A model generated the notes under the pieces. The model saw only the letters and a list, made by a program, of their open reading frames with translations. It searched no databases and had not been told where the DNA came from. Below, piece by piece: positions 1 through 13,179 of a stretch of 32,000 nt of DNA. How positions within the stretch are numbered: position 1 is the first letter of the stretch; each line of letters opens with the position of its first letter. Source of the DNA: Gammaproteobacteria bacterium (GTDB lineage Bacteria > Pseudomonadota > Gammaproteobacteria > Burkholderiales > Sulfuricellaceae); NCBI GenBank assembly GCA_018824405.1, contig JAHJGO010000011.1:77783-109782 (forward strand), written 5' to 3'. Position numbers and translations under genes: made by a program.

Positions 1-397
1 GCGCAATCAGCAATACCGTGGTGACGTTATCCAGCAAGGCAGAGAACACCGCAGTGACAATGGACAGCATTACCAGCAGTCCCCAGGGATCAGCCTTGAC
101 CTTCTTGGCAGCGACAATGGCAACATACTGAAAAACACCGCTTTTCTGCGTAATCGCCACCAGCATCATCATGCCGGTAAGCAGGGCCAGCGTATTGAAA
201 TCGATACCGGCAAAGGCCTCACTCTGCTGCAGCACCCCGGTAAAGACCATCATGCCCGCGCCTAATAACGCCACGATGGAACGATTGATCTTTTCAGTAA
301 TGATAATGGCGTAGGTAATCGCAAAAACCGCCACTGAAATCAGCAGCGGACTCAGGCCAAAAATCACCTGGGTAGCGGAAGGCGTCATACCATGCAT
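1..397 (-). CDS. ArsB/NhaD-superfamily (SLC13-like) membrane permease, N-terminal 132 codons; the 3' part lies beyond the left window edge
   Basis: Absent from the ORF track because it is truncated. My reverse-strand translation from the ATG at 397-395 reads MHGMTPSATQVIFGLSPLLISVAVFAITYAIIITEKINRSIVALLGAGMMVFTGVLQQSEAFAGIDFNTLALLTGMMMLVAITQKSGVFQYVAIVAAKKVKADPWGLLVMLSIVTAVFSALLDNVTTVLLIA with no stop. It shows successive hydrophobic helices and an LDNVTTVLLIA motif typical of ArsB/NhaD-type permeases. The ATG lies 1 nt after the stop of the upstream CBS gene. An alternative ATG is at 388. Confidence 0.7.
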   Translation of the reverse strand, partial: MHGMTPSATQVIFGLSPLLISVAVFAITYAIIITEKINRSIVALLGAGMMVFTGVLQQSEAFAGIDFNTLALLTGMMMLVAITQKSGVFQYVAIVAAKKVKADPWGLLVMLSIVTAVFSALLDNVTTVLLIA

Positions 398-398
398 G

Positions 399-854
399 CT
401 ATTTCTCCGCCATTTTGGCCAGTTGTTCCAGCAGGCCGCGGCGGCTCAGCATACCAAGCAGTTTTCCGGATGAGTTCACCACGGGCAGCGGCGTTGGACT
501 ACTGCTCAATAACAGCGCAGCCTCCAGCAAGGGGCAATTTTCTTCCAGGGGACGCGCATGGTTGAGAATTTCACTCACTTTTTTCTCACGCAGAAGACTG
601 AAATGAGAAACCAACAGGCGTGAAGCGTCACCCGCAAATTTGAGATCAGGCAAACCATGTGGCGCCCACACCCCGATAGGCAATAGCTTCTGAAGGATGT
701 CGTTGACGCTGATCAGGCCGACATAACATTCGCCATCGCAAACCGGCACATGATTTGTCCGGTTATCGATCATGATTTGCAGCGCTTCCATGACCGTCGC
801 CTGAGGTGTAATAGTGGAGGCCGAGGTCACAATGGACAGGGAGCGAATGGTCAT
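399..854 (-). CDS. CBS-domain pair protein (small regulatory/ligand-sensing protein)
   Basis: 151-aa ORF. It has two CBS-like segments (TITPQATVMEALQIMIDNRTNHVPVCD...GLISVNDIL and ...PLPVVNSSGKLLGMLSRRGLLEQL). It sits immediately upstream of the permease with a 1-nt gap. Confidence 0.75.
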   Translation of the reverse strand: MTIRSLSIVTSASTITPQATVMEALQIMIDNRTNHVPVCDGECYVGLISVNDILQKLLPIGVWAPHGLPDLKFAGDASRLLVSHFSLLREKKVSEILNHARPLEENCPLLEAALLLSSSPTPLPVVNSSGKLLGMLSRRGLLEQLAKMAEK

Positions 855-1076
855 CTTGTTTCCTTCTGGGGCCAGAATAAAGGCCAGATTGGACTATCGT
901 CAGAGGGCAATGGGGTTCGACTAATTTGTTTTATAAGGCTGCCAAGCGATATTCATCATATCGCGTATGTATCATAACTTACGTCAAATATATTGCCCAG
1001 AGCAGTGAAATAGGGGCTATCGTGCCGCCAGTGAAAAAGAGTATTGTTGCCATATTCTTAGCATGAGTTTAATGCG

Positions 1077-3164
1077 ATGAGCCCGACTGTCCAGATCATT
1101 CTGGCCCTCCTCACCCTCCTGTTTCTGTCCATCATCACCCATCTCGCCGCGCCGAAGCTGCGTGTGCCTTATTCCGTGCTGCTAGTGGCCGTCGGATTAC
1201 TGCTCATTCCTTTGAGCAAAGTACCGGCCTTTTCGTATATCACCAGTTTCCAGCTTACTTCGGAAATCCTGTTTTTCATTTTTCTCCCTATCCTGATTTT
1301 CGAGTCAGCCTACAGCATGAACATCCGCAGAATAAGTGAAAACATTGGTGCTATTTCCGCTCTAGCCATCGTTGGTCTGCTGGTATCGGCTTTCACCATT
1401 GCATTCGCTGGCTACTTTGGGTTGGCGGCCATCGGCTTTGAGATTCCCTTCATCATCGTGCTCCTTTTTGGCGCACTGATCTCCGCGACCGACCCGGTTG
1501 CCATTCTTGCCCTGTTCAAGGATTTCGGCGCACCACGTCGCCTGGCGATGATTTTTGAGGGAGAGAGTCTGTTCAATGACGCCACCGCGCTGGCCCTTTT
1601 CCTGATTGTGCTCGAGTCTGTAAGCGCTGGGTTTCAGGGCGCAGTCTCGGTATTGCACGGACTTTTCATTTTTATTTCCATGCTTTTTGGCGGCGCTGTT
1701 TTTGGCTTTGTGATGGGATGGGTCTTTTCCAAACTGCTCCAGATCGCCCGCCACGAGCATCTTCAAATCACCCTGACCATGCTCGCCGCGCATACCACCT
1801 TTCTTCTGGCCGAGTTCCTCTCCCATGCGCTTACACTGATGGGCAAGCCGATCCATGTTTCCTCCATTCTCGCCACCGTTATCGCCTCGCTGGTTATCAG
1901 CAACTATGGCCGATTCAAGATCATGCCCGGGGTTAAGGAATATATGGCGCACTTCTGGGGCTACGCGGCATTCGTCGCCAACTCACTGGTCTTTATCCTG
2001 CTGGGCCTGCTTTTCAGCACGCTGTCTGTCAGTCTGCTGGATATTCTTCCCGCGCTGATAGTGATCATCCTCGTAGTTATGGTGGCGCGCGCCCTTTCAG
2101 TGTATCCCGTCATCGGCGTGATGAATACCGTTCGCCTGGAACGGCACATCCCGCTTTCCTGGCAGCACCTCATGGCCTGGGGAAGTTTGCGCGGAGCGCT
2201 TGCGGTCACCATGGTGCTTATCATCCCCGATACATTAAGCCACCCGGAATGGAAGCAGGCCTATTCCATCAAGGAATTCATTCTGGCACTTACGATCGGC
2301 TGCATTTATTTCACGCTTTTTATCAAGGCGACAAGCATGAACAGCGCCATCCGTCGCTTTCGCATCAACGTCTTGCACGGGCTGGAGCCAATGGAATATC
2401 TGGAGGGCAAGGTTTATGTTTATGCGCAATCCCTGTTGCGCCTGCTGTCCCTGCACGATCAACCGCATGTGGACAAAAAAGCCCTGCAGGCTTTGCAGGC
2501 GAAATATACCGGCCTTTACCAGGAAGCCTTCAGGGAGCTCTCCCGCAACGCCCATGATTCCGCAGCGATGTTTGCCCGTGTCCTGCGCATTCACGCCATC
2601 GGGGTCGAGAAACACACGCTGGAAGAACTCTATGCCGGCGCAGAACTTTCTGAAACTGCCTACCGCAGAATACTGGGTAAGCTTGAATTGCAATTGGAAC
2701 TGCTGGAGCAGGGACTATCTGGCGCCATAAATTTCAAGGTCATGCGCGGAAAACGTCACGGGCTGCGATTACGGCAATTACTCGGCGTGTCAACGGACAG
2801 GTTGGCGGATCCTGCAGATAAGTATTTTTACTATCGTGCCTTGGCCATCAGCTCGCAAAAAGTGATCACCTTGCTGTCACAGCTTGCGACTCACCCTGGG
2901 CTTCGGGTATTCGAGGCAGATGCTGTATTATCTAAAATCATCGAGCAATACAATGATTTCAGAATTCAGGCGCTAGACACGGCGACGGTACTGCTGAATC
3001 AATTCCCCTTCCTTGAAGCGCGACAGCTTCAGATACTGGAGCAGGAACTCCTGAAGGCCCAAACTGTATCGCTGGAAGAGCTGGAGAGCAGCGAGGTCAT
3101 TACCCCTGCTGTAAAATCGGTTTTATATGGAGAGCTTCAGCATCCGCGCAAACCAGAACCCTAG
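1077..3164 (+). CDS. CPA1-family Na+/H+ (cation:proton) antiporter, NhaP-type, with a long cytoplasmic C-terminal extension
   Basis: 695-aa ORF. The N-terminal ~420 aa are polytopic membrane sequence with CPA1 hallmarks (LLFGALISATDPVAILALF, EGESLFNDATALALF). The C-terminal ~270 aa are hydrophilic and helical. Confidence 0.85.
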   Translation: MSPTVQIILALLTLLFLSIITHLAAPKLRVPYSVLLVAVGLLLIPLSKVPAFSYITSFQLTSEILFFIFLPILIFESAYSMNIRRISENIGAISALAIVGLLVSAFTIAFAGYFGLAAIGFEIPFIIVLLFGALISATDPVAILALFKDFGAPRRLAMIFEGESLFNDATALALFLIVLESVSAGFQGAVSVLHGLFIFISMLFGGAVFGFVMGWVFSKLLQIARHEHLQITLTMLAAHTTFLLAEFLSHALTLMGKPIHVSSILATVIASLVISNYGRFKIMPGVKEYMAHFWGYAAFVANSLVFILLGLLFSTLSVSLLDILPALIVIILVVMVARALSVYPVIGVMNTVRLERHIPLSWQHLMAWGSLRGALAVTMVLIIPDTLSHPEWKQAYSIKEFILALTIGCIYFTLFIKATSMNSAIRRFRINVLHGLEPMEYLEGKVYVYAQSLLRLLSLHDQPHVDKKALQALQAKYTGLYQEAFRELSRNAHDSAAMFARVLRIHAIGVEKHTLEELYAGAELSETAYRRILGKLELQLELLEQGLSGAINFKVMRGKRHGLRLRQLLGVSTDRLADPADKYFYYRALAISSQKVITLLSQLATHPGLRVFEADAVLSKIIEQYNDFRIQALDTATVLLNQFPFLEARQLQILEQELLKAQTVSLEELESSEVITPAVKSVLYGELQHPRKPEP

Positions 3165-3253
3165 CGGGTGTCATTTTTTAAATTATGCCCGACTTGCCTG
3201 GCTCGACGTGAGTCAGCGGCACCCCTCTGTTTCTATAGATTAGAATAGGGCAG

Positions 3254-3282
3254 TTGAGTAAAGGCCGGAAGCCACGTAGAAT
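3254..3282 (+). promoter_or_regulatory. Candidate sigma70 promoter for tRNA-Gly (TTGAGT-17 nt-TAGAAT)
   Basis: TTGAGT at 3254-3259, a 17-nt spacer, TAGAAT at 3277-3282. The tRNA 5' end is 12 nt downstream of the -10 element. Confidence 0.4.
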
Positions 3283-3294
3283 TTGGCTGCTCTG

Positions 3295-3368
3295 GCGGGT
3301 GTAGCTCAATGGTAGAGCAGAAGCTTCCCAAGCTTACGACGAGGGTTCGATTCCCTTCACCCGCTCCA
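3295..3368 (+). tRNA. tRNA-Gly, anticodon CCC, with encoded CCA end
   Basis: Hand-folded cloverleaf: acceptor GCGGGTG/CACCCGC, D arm GCTC-AATGGTA-GAGC, anticodon stem GAAGC/GCTTA with loop TTCCCAA (anticodon CCC), T arm GAGGG-TTCGATT-CCCTT, discriminator T, then CCA. It closely resembles the E. coli tRNA-Gly(CCC) layout. Confidence 0.93.
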
Positions 3369-3373
3369 GTCCC

Positions 3374-5203
3374 TTATTCCACCGTCACCGATTTTGCAAG
3401 ATTGCGCGGCTTATCCACATCCGTTCCCTTGCACAGAGCTGCATGATAGGCCAGAAGCTGTAGCGGAATGGTATGTACGATCGGGCTCAATGGCCCCGCG
3501 TGCGTGGGCAACCGCAGTAGATGCAGACCCTCCTGCTCGCTAAAATGACTATCCTGATCCGCAAAGACATAAAGCTCCCCACCTCGTGCACGAACTTCCT
3601 GCAGGTTGGATTTGAGTTTTTCCAGCAAGATATCATTGGGGGCTACCGCCACGACCGGCATATCCTTATCCACCAGCGCCAGCGGACCATGTTTCAGTTC
3701 TCCGGCAGGATAAGCTTCGGCATGGATATATGAAATTTCCTTGAGCTTGAGTGCGCCTTCCTGTGCGATGGGGTAATGCACCCCACGACCCAGGAAGAGG
3801 GCGTGATGTTTGTCCGCGAAATGTTCAGCCCAGGCCGTAATTTCGGGTTCCAGCGCCAGTGCCTGTTGCACCAGGCCGGGTAATTCGCGCAGCTGATCCA
3901 GCCAGGATTTTTCCTGTGCCTCGCTTATTCTGCCGTGCAGACGCCCTAGTACCAATGTCAGTAAAAACAAAGCGACCAGCTGGGTAGTAAATGCCTTTGT
4001 GGAAGCAACGCCGATTTCCGGACCGGCCCGAGTCAGAAACTTGAGGCCCGAGGTGCGTACCAGAGCACTTTCCGGCACATTGCAGATCGCCAGGCTGTGC
4101 TTGTGCCCCAATTTTTGGGCCTGGATCAGAGCATCGATGGTGTCGCGCGTTTCGCCGGACTGGGAGATGGTCACGATCAGCGTATCGGGGTTGGCCACAC
4201 TCACACGATAACGATATTCGCTGGCAATTTCTGCGCGGCACGGCAAGCCGGTCAGGGATTCGATCCAGTATTCCGCCACCTTGGCGGCATGGAAGCTGGT
4301 ACCGCACGCCAGGATTCGCACGCCATTAATCTTGCCCAGCACATCCTCCGCCTGCGGCCCGAAAATTTCGGGCGATACTGCGCCAGAGGACACACCTGCA
4401 AGCAGGGTGTCGGCTATGGCGCGCGGTTGCTCGTGGATTTCCTTCTGCATGAAGTGTCGGTAATTACCCAGTTCCGCCATATCGGCTGAAAGTTCCGAAA
4501 CATTCACTGCGCGCTCGACGGGATTCCCGTCGACATTGAAAATGTTTACGTGGAGCAGGCCGATATCGGCAATATCGCCTTCTTCAAGGTAAATTACTTT
4601 CTGCGTTACCGGCAACAAGGCAGACACATCGGAGGCAATGAAATTTTCCTCTATCCCCACGCCTACCAGCAGGGGGCTGCCGCGACGAGCCGCGACCAGC
4701 TGATGAGGCGCTTCTGCACAGACCACACCGATTGCATACGCCCCATGCAATTCGGAAACTGCAGCGCGCACGGCTGCAACCAAATCCCTGCTTGACACAT
4801 AGTAATGGTGGATGAGATGAACGATGACTTCGGTATCGGTTTGCGATGTAAATACATAACCCAGGTTTTTCAGCTTTTCACGAAGTGCTTCATGATTTTC
4901 GATAATGCCATTGTGTACCACGGCGATGGTATCTGAGCTGACATGCGGGTGGGCATTCTCCTCGGTTGGCCCGCCATGCGTTGCCCAGCGGGTATGCGCA
5001 ATACCAAGGTGGCCATGAGTATCCTGGCGCACGGTCTGAGCGGAAAGCTCGGCCACGCGACCAGTGCTGCGCGCGCGCTGCAGGCCCTGATTGATCACCA
5101 CAAGTCCGGCCGAGTCGTAGCCACGGTATTCCAGTCGGCGCAAACCTTCCAACAAGATGGGCACGACATTGCGCTGCGCGACGGCACCGACAATTCCACA
5201 CAT
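3374..5203 (-). CDS. glmS: Glutamine--fructose-6-phosphate aminotransferase (isomerizing)
   Basis: 609 aa. N-terminal MCGIVGAV catalytic Cys2 (Ntn amidotransferase), two SIS domains, and the characteristic C-terminus [15 protein letters not shown]. Confidence 0.97.
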   Translation of the reverse strand: MCGIVGAVAQRNVVPILLEGLRRLEYRGYDSAGLVVINQGLQRARSTGRVAELSAQTVRQDTHGHLGIAHTRWATHGGPTEENAHPHVSSDTIAVVHNGIIENHEALREKLKNLGYVFTSQTDTEVIVHLIHHYYVSSRDLVAAVRAAVSELHGAYAIGVVCAEAPHQLVAARRGSPLLVGVGIEENFIASDVSALLPVTQKVIYLEEGDIADIGLLHVNIFNVDGNPVERAVNVSELSADMAELGNYRHFMQKEIHEQPRAIADTLLAGVSSGAVSPEIFGPQAEDVLGKINGVRILACGTSFHAAKVAEYWIESLTGLPCRAEIASEYRYRVSVANPDTLIVTISQSGETRDTIDALIQAQKLGHKHSLAICNVPESALVRTSGLKFLTRAGPEIGVASTKAFTTQLVALFLLTLVLGRLHGRISEAQEKSWLDQLRELPGLVQQALALEPEITAWAEHFADKHHALFLGRGVHYPIAQEGALKLKEISYIHAEAYPAGELKHGPLALVDKDMPVVAVAPNDILLEKLKSNLQEVRARGGELYVFADQDSHFSEQEGLHLLRLPTHAGPLSPIVHTIPLQLLAYHAALCKGTDVDKPRNLAKSVTVE

Positions 5204-5207
5204 AGAT

Positions 5208-6581
5208 TTACTCCTTGGCTTTCTTTACAGGGCGCTGCCATCCACGAATTGTGAGCTGCTTGGCGCGGGAGAGTGTCAGTTCCTCCCCGGGCGTATCCTT
5301 GGTGATGGTTGAACCCGCGCCGATGGTTGCGCCCTTGCCTATCGTCACGGGTGCTACCAGCTGAGTATCGGACCCGATAAATGCGCCATCTTCAATCACA
5401 GTTCGGTGCTTGTTTACGCCATCGTAATTGCAGGTAATTGTTCCCGCACCGACATTGACCTTAGAACCCACCGTAGCATCGCCTATATAGCTCAGGTGAT
5501 TGATCTTGCTGTTGATGCCGACTTGGCTATTTTTAACTTCAACAAAATTTCCGATATGCACTTCTGCGGCCAGTTGGGTACCCGGGCGAATTCTTGCAAA
5601 AGGTCCGACACGGCATTCCGCACCTATTTCAGCTTGCTCCAGCAGACTGAATGGCGCAATGAGGGAACCGCTTTCAATTTTGACATCACGCAGAACACAG
5701 TTAGCGCCCACTCTCACCCTGTCTCCCAGTTCTACAAGCCCCTCAAAAACACAATTAACATCAATGACGACATCTCTGCCACAACTGAGAATGCCGCGTA
5801 TATCAATGCGAGCCGGATCGATAAGGGTGACGCCGCTGCTGAGTAGCTTGTTTGCCATCTCCTGCTGGTATATGCGCTCCACCTGGGCCAGCTGACTCTT
5901 GCTGTTGATTCCCAGAACCTCATGCTGACGGGAAGGGTGAGCCGTTGCCACTTCGATGCCTGCACGTACGGCGAGATCGATCACATCTGTCAGGTAAAAT
6001 TCTTCCTGCGCATTGGTACACTTCAGTGCCGCCAGCCATCCGGTAAGATATTGATTTGGAAGCACCATGATGCCGGTATTGACTTCGGTCACACAGCGCT
6101 CCGCTGGCAACGCGTCTTTTTCTTCGACAATTCGTCTGACTTTACCGCCCTCGCGTATGATTCGCCCGTAACCTTGAGGGTTTTCCATCTCTACCGTCAG
6201 CAAAGCAACTTTGCCGCTCTGTGCGATGCGGATCAGCGGGAGCAGGGTTTCTCTCAGGATCAGCGGCACATCGCCGTACAGCACCAGAGTAACGTGCTTG
6301 CCGTCCAGATGCGGTAGCGCCTGCTGAACCGCGTGACCCGTACCCAGTTGCGGCTCCTGTTTTACCATCCTGAGTGAAGCATCGGTAATGGTCTGCGGCA
6401 CCGTTTCTCCGCCATAACCGTAAACAACACAAATTTTTGCTGGGTCAAGTGATTTTGCAGTATCTAGCACGTGCTGCAGCAACGGCTTTCCTGCCAGTTT
6501 GTGTAGCACTTTGGGGCACTCGGAAAACATGCGAGTGCCCTTTCCGGCCGCCAGAATTACGACATCAAGAGCTTGTGCCAT
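5208..6581 (-). CDS. glmU: Bifunctional UDP-N-acetylglucosamine pyrophosphorylase / glucosamine-1-phosphate N-acetyltransferase
   Basis: 457 aa. N-terminal LAAGKGTRM nucleotidyltransferase motif and C-terminal left-handed beta-helix hexapeptide repeats. It lies 4 nt upstream of glmS, and atp-glmUS synteny matches E. coli. Confidence 0.96.
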   Translation of the reverse strand: MAQALDVVILAAGKGTRMFSECPKVLHKLAGKPLLQHVLDTAKSLDPAKICVVYGYGGETVPQTITDASLRMVKQEPQLGTGHAVQQALPHLDGKHVTLVLYGDVPLILRETLLPLIRIAQSGKVALLTVEMENPQGYGRIIREGGKVRRIVEEKDALPAERCVTEVNTGIMVLPNQYLTGWLAALKCTNAQEEFYLTDVIDLAVRAGIEVATAHPSRQHEVLGINSKSQLAQVERIYQQEMANKLLSSGVTLIDPARIDIRGILSCGRDVVIDVNCVFEGLVELGDRVRVGANCVLRDVKIESGSLIAPFSLLEQAEIGAECRVGPFARIRPGTQLAAEVHIGNFVEVKNSQVGINSKINHLSYIGDATVGSKVNVGAGTITCNYDGVNKHRTVIEDGAFIGSDTQLVAPVTIGKGATIGAGSTITKDTPGEELTLSRAKQLTIRGWQRPVKKAKE

Positions 6582-6616
6582 GGTTTTATTACTGAATAAA
6601 ACGACATTATAAATAG

Positions 6617-6640
6617 AAAAGGCAGCCTGAGCTGCCTTTT
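6617..6640 (-). terminator. Rho-independent terminator after atpC (looks bidirectional)
   Basis: AAAAGGCAGC (6617-6626), loop CTGA, GCTGCCTTTT (6631-6640). On the minus strand the stem is followed by TTTTCTATTTAT. It lies 22 nt downstream of the atpC stop. Confidence 0.75.
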
Positions 6641-6661
6641 CAAACCTGCATCATAATGCCA

Positions 6662-7090
6662 TTAGTGCCGTGAAATCTTTCGAAGTTGATCTATTGCACG
6701 GATTTGCGCAACAGCTTCCGCGAGTTCGGCTTCCGCTTTCGCGTAATCCATCAATGCAGAACGATCTTTAAGCGCCTCTTCAGCCAGGCGTTTGGCATCT
6801 AGCGCTTTCGCCTCATCCAGGTCTTTGCCCCGCAAGGCCGTATCGGCAAGAATAGTTACAACCTGTGGCTGTATCTCCAGAATGCCGCCAGAAACGAAAA
6901 AGAGTTCTTCCTCTTCACGATCGGGTACTTTAATCCTGACCGTTCCTGGCTTCATCCTCGAAATAAGCGGAGCATGGCGTGGGTAAATGCCCACTTCGCC
7001 GCCCTCTGCCGGCGCGGCAACAAACTCCGCTACTCCAGAATAGATGGACTGCTCGGCACTTACTACGTCTACATGTATCGTCATTGCCAT
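6662..7090 (-). CDS. atpC: F1 ATP synthase subunit epsilon
   Basis: 142 aa. Last gene of the atp operon, with the typical N-terminal beta-sandwich plus C-terminal helical hairpin sequence ([13 protein letters not shown]...). Confidence 0.93.
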   Translation of the reverse strand: MAMTIHVDVVSAEQSIYSGVAEFVAAPAEGGEVGIYPRHAPLISRMKPGTVRIKVPDREEEELFFVSGGILEIQPQVVTILADTALRGKDLDEAKALDAKRLAEEALKDRSALMDYAKAEAELAEAVAQIRAIDQLRKISRH

Positions 7091-7102
7091 GGCTGGCGTC
7101 CT

Positions 7103-8485
<1,383 letters not shown>

Positions 8486-8535
8486 CTATCCTCGATACTG
8501 TTGTTTCTGTGTTCCGCTTGATAATTCAAGATCGT

Positions 8536-9399
8536 TTATACGGCAGCCGCGCCGGCAACGATTTCGGACAGCTCTTTGGTAATTGCCGCCTGACGGGTTT
8601 TATTGTAGATCAGCTTGAGCTCGTCAATGACGTTACCGGCATTGTCGGATGCGGCTTTCATCGCCACCATACGTGAGCTCTGTTCGGAGGCCATGTTCTC
8701 AGCGACTGCCTGATAGACCAGTGCCTCGATATAACGGCTCATCAATTCGTCGATAACCGATTTTGCTTCCGGCTCGTAGATGTAATCCCAGTGCCCCTGT
8801 GCGGCGCCAAGCTCTTCTCCTGCGAGAGGCAACAGCTTTTCCATCACCGGTTCCTGCTTCATGGTGTTGATGAAGCGGGTGTAGCACAGATGCAGTTCGT
8901 CGATTTTGCCTTCCATGTAGGCGTCCAGCATGACCTTGACAGGCCCGATCAGCTTCTCCAGATGGGGCGTATCTCCCAGTCCGGTGACGTGGGACAGCAC
9001 GTTGCCACCCATGCGCTGCAAAAAACCGAATCCCTTGCCGCCCAGCGCGCAGGCATCCACCTGTTTGCCAGCCGCTTCCCAGGCTTTCATCTGGCCCAGC
9101 ACCATGCGAATCACGTTGGTATTGAGCCCACCGCACAAGCCCTTGTCGGAAGTCACCATGATGACGCCGACCCGTTTTACATCGTTCCGGGCAATCAGGA
9201 ACGGATGCTTGTATTCGGTATGGGCGTGACTAAGGTGAGCCGCCACATTGCGTATCTTTTCGCCGTAGGGACGAGCAGCACGCATCCTCTCCTGCGCTTT
9301 GCGCATTTTGGATGCAGCCACCATTTCCATGGCGCGAGTAATTTTCTGTGTATTCTGGACACTTTTGATCTTGGTCCGAATCTCTTTTCCGCTCGCCAT
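8536..9399 (-). CDS. atpG: F1 ATP synthase subunit gamma
   Basis: 287 aa. N-terminus [30 protein letters not shown] and C-terminus [15 protein letters not shown]. Confidence 0.96.
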   Translation of the reverse strand: MASGKEIRTKIKSVQNTQKITRAMEMVAASKMRKAQERMRAARPYGEKIRNVAAHLSHAHTEYKHPFLIARNDVKRVGVIMVTSDKGLCGGLNTNVIRMVLGQMKAWEAAGKQVDACALGGKGFGFLQRMGGNVLSHVTGLGDTPHLEKLIGPVKVMLDAYMEGKIDELHLCYTRFINTMKQEPVMEKLLPLAGEELGAAQGHWDYIYEPEAKSVIDELMSRYIEALVYQAVAENMASEQSSRMVAMKAASDNAGNVIDELKLIYNKTRQAAITKELSEIVAGAAAV

Positions 9400-9431
9400 T
9401 ATTGAGTCCTAAGTCTATGTTCCACGACGCT

Positions 9432-10973
9432 TTAGTAAACCGAGCTGGCCTTGAACTCGTCAATTGCGCCCATCAGGGTTTTCTCGCTCTCGGCGCTTAC
9501 ATCACGTTCGCTCTCGATAGTGTTCATCAGGGCGCCATGTTTGCTCTTTATAAATGCCTGCAGAGCAGCTTCGAAGGCCAGGACTTTTTTCACTTCCACA
9601 TCATCCATGTAGCCCTTGTTTACGGCATACAGAGTGACAGCCATTTCGGAAATCGACATCGGGGAATACTGGTTCTGCTTCATCAGCTCCGTCACCAGCT
9701 TGCCGCGTTCCAACTGCTTGCGGGTGGCTTCATCAAGGTCAGAGGCAAATTGCGCGAATGCAGCCAGCTCACGATACTGGGCCAGAGCCAGACGAATACC
9801 GCCGCCCAGCTTCTTGATGGCCTTGGTCTGCGCAGCACCACCGACGCGAGACACAGACAGGCCGGCGTTGATCGCAGGACGAATACCGGCGTTGAACAGA
9901 TCGCTTTCCAGAAAGATCTGGCCGTCGGTAATCGAAATCACGTTGGTTGGAACGAAAGCAGACACGTCACCCGCCTGGGTTTCAATCACGGGCAGCGCGG
10001 TGAGTGAACCGGTCTTGCCTTTGACGGCGCCATTGGTGATCTTTTCAATATGGTCGGCATTGACGCGTGCTGCACGCTCGAGCAGGCGGGAGTGCAGATA
10101 GAACACGTCACCAGGGTAGGCTTCGCGGCCCGGCGGACGGCGCAACAACAGGGAAATCTGACGGTAGGCCCAGGCCTGCTTGGTCAGGTCGTCATAAACG
10201 ATTAGCGCATCTTCACCACGGTCACGGAAATATTCGCCCATAGTACAGCCGGCATAAGGTGCAATGTACTGCATTGCGGCCGGATCGGAAGCCATTGCCG
10301 CCACCACGATGGTGTGGCCCATGGCGCCGTGCTCTTCCAGTTTGCGAACCACGTTGGCAACGGAGGAAGCCTTCTGCCCCACGGCAACGTAAATACAAAT
10401 GACGCCAGTGCCTTTCTGGTTGATGATGGCGTCAACGGCCACCGCCGTCTTGCCGGTCTGACGATCGCCAATGATCAGCTCGCGCTGACCGCGGCCAATC
10501 GGCACCATAGCGTCAACTGACTTGAGGCCAGTTTGTAGCGGCTGGGAGACGGACTGACGAGAAATAACGCCAGGCGCCACTTTTTCGATTGGAGAGGTTT
10601 CGCTTGCAGCTATAGGGCCCTTGCCGTCGATCGGTTGACCCAGTGCGTTTACAACACGGCCGATAAGCGCCTCACCAACTGGCACCTCCAGAATTTTACC
10701 GGTGCACTTGACGGTATCACCTTCACTGATGTGTTCATATTCGCCCAGAACCACGGCGCCGACCGAGTCGCGTTCGAGGTTGAGCGCCAGACCAAAGGTA
10801 TTGCCTGGAAACTCCAGCATCTCGCCCTGCATCACGTCGGAAAGACCATGAATACGCACGATACCGTCTGTAACAGAAACGACCGTACCCTGATTGCGCG
10901 CTTCTGCGGCAGTAGCAAAACTTTCGATCTTGCTCTTGATCAGATCGCTGATTTCTGATGGGTTTAACTGCAT
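9432..10973 (-). CDS. atpA: F1 ATP synthase subunit alpha
   Basis: 513 aa. Walker A GDRQTGKT and highly conserved alpha-subunit sequence throughout. Confidence 0.98.
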   Translation of the reverse strand: MQLNPSEISDLIKSKIESFATAAEARNQGTVVSVTDGIVRIHGLSDVMQGEMLEFPGNTFGLALNLERDSVGAVVLGEYEHISEGDTVKCTGKILEVPVGEALIGRVVNALGQPIDGKGPIAASETSPIEKVAPGVISRQSVSQPLQTGLKSVDAMVPIGRGQRELIIGDRQTGKTAVAVDAIINQKGTGVICIYVAVGQKASSVANVVRKLEEHGAMGHTIVVAAMASDPAAMQYIAPYAGCTMGEYFRDRGEDALIVYDDLTKQAWAYRQISLLLRRPPGREAYPGDVFYLHSRLLERAARVNADHIEKITNGAVKGKTGSLTALPVIETQAGDVSAFVPTNVISITDGQIFLESDLFNAGIRPAINAGLSVSRVGGAAQTKAIKKLGGGIRLALAQYRELAAFAQFASDLDEATRKQLERGKLVTELMKQNQYSPMSISEMAVTLYAVNKGYMDDVEVKKVLAFEAALQAFIKSKHGALMNTIESERDVSAESEKTLMGAIDEFKASSVY

Positions 10974-10984
10974 TCTTATATCTC

Positions 10985-11518
10985 CTAGCGCTTGAGCGCA
11001 AAGGTCATGTTATTGAGCTGGCCGCGCACGGATGCATCGATCACCACGTCACCAGCATTAATTTTTACGCCGCCAATTAGTTCTGGATCTACGCTTACCT
11101 GAGCTGTAACTTTTCTTGAAAAACGCTTTTCGAGCATTCCCACCATCTCCTTAACTTGTTCGTCAGAGAGAGGGAAGGCACTACTGATGGCGGCTTCAAG
11201 CAAGCCACTTTGCTCCGCCTTGAGCTTTTCGAACTGGGCGGCTATTTCTGGCAATATCGTCAAGCGTCCATTTTCAAGGAGCAAACGAATAAGGTTTTGC
11301 CCTTCTTCATCAAAATCCTTACCCATGACATCCAGAAAAACCCGCTCCACATCGGCGCGCGTGAATTTAGGACTGGAAATAACATCATGCATGGCCGAAT
11401 CACTCGCCACCACGGATGCCATTTCAAGCTTGCTCGACCACTCCGCCACTGCACCTTTCTGGCTTGCCAGACGGTACAAAGCTTCGGCATAAGGCCTTGC
11501 TATCGTAACGATTTCCAT
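10985..11518 (-). CDS. atpH: F1 ATP synthase subunit delta (OSCP)
   Basis: 177 aa. [10 protein letters not shown]-terminal motif. Located between atpF and atpA. Confidence 0.92.
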   Translation of the reverse strand: MEIVTIARPYAEALYRLASQKGAVAEWSSKLEMASVVASDSAMHDVISSPKFTRADVERVFLDVMGKDFDEEGQNLIRLLLENGRLTILPEIAAQFEKLKAEQSGLLEAAISSAFPLSDEQVKEMVGMLEKRFSRKVTAQVSVDPELIGGVKINAGDVVIDASVRGQLNNMTFALKR

Positions 11519-11529
11519 AGAGTTGCCGC

Positions 11530-12000
11530 CTAGATTTCGTTCTTGAGTGCAGTCAGCAGGTCAGCGTGAGCCTTGGCGTCCACTTCACGACGCAGAATTT
11601 TCTCTGCACCTGCGACAGCCAAGTCGGCCACCTGTTGGCGCAACGTTTCGCGCGCACGGTTCACTTCCTGATCGATTTCAGCCTTGGCGCCGGCAACCAG
11701 TCGATCACCCTCTTCCTTGGCAGCAGTCTTCGCTTCATCAATAATTTGGGAAGCGCGCTTTTCAGCCTGGGTAATCACTTCTGCAGCTTTTTGCTTGGCG
11801 TCATGCATCGACTCGGTTGCACGACGGGAAGCCAGTTCCAACTCATGCTTTCCGCGCTCACCTGCAGCCAACCCATCGGCGATCAACTTCTTACGCTCGG
11901 TCAGTGCCTGCATGATGGGTGGCCACACAAACTTCATACAGAACCAGACGAACATGATGAACATGATCGTTTGAGCGAGAAGGGTTGCATTGATATTCAT
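11530..12000 (-). CDS. atpF: Fo ATP synthase subunit b
   Basis: 156 aa. A single N-terminal TM helix followed by a long charged helix (typical b subunit). Confidence 0.92.
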   Translation of the reverse strand: MNINATLLAQTIMFIMFVWFCMKFVWPPIMQALTERKKLIADGLAAGERGKHELELASRRATESMHDAKQKAAEVITQAEKRASQIIDEAKTAAKEEGDRLVAGAKAEIDQEVNRARETLRQQVADLAVAGAEKILRREVDAKAHADLLTALKNEI

Positions 12001-12036
12001 GCACGAACCTTTCTAGAGTTATTGATTTCTGCTGGT

Positions 12037-12270
<234 letters not shown>

Positions 12271-12315
12271 TTATTTCTCCTGTTAATTTAAAAGTAAAAT
12301 TGCTAATTAAAAATC

Positions 12316-13179
<864 letters not shown>

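Noticed and set aside
3150-3185. Possible terminator after the antiporter gene (ACCC-TAGC-GGGT followed by a T-run).
   Set aside because: The stem is only 4 bp, too weak to call.
3295-3368. tRNA-Gly as the attachment site of a genomic island.
   Set aside because: There is no integrase, no direct repeat of the tRNA 3' end anywhere in the window, and both neighbours are housekeeping genes.
3411-3419. Perfect DnaA box TTATCCACA (plus an 8/9 copy at ~3657-3665) near the 3' end of glmS.
   Set aside because: It is isolated, 18 kb from dnaA, and simply encodes the conserved GlmS C-terminal VDKP motif on the other strand. It is most likely a coding coincidence rather than an origin or datA-like element.
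6468-6473. Other CACGTG cores (6468-6473, 18113-18118, 29550-29555, 31296-31301) examined as possible extra parS sites.
   Set aside because: The flanks do not match TGTTN...AAACA (at most ~11/16 positions), and all lie inside coding sequence. Only the 17886 and 24482 sites are credible parS.
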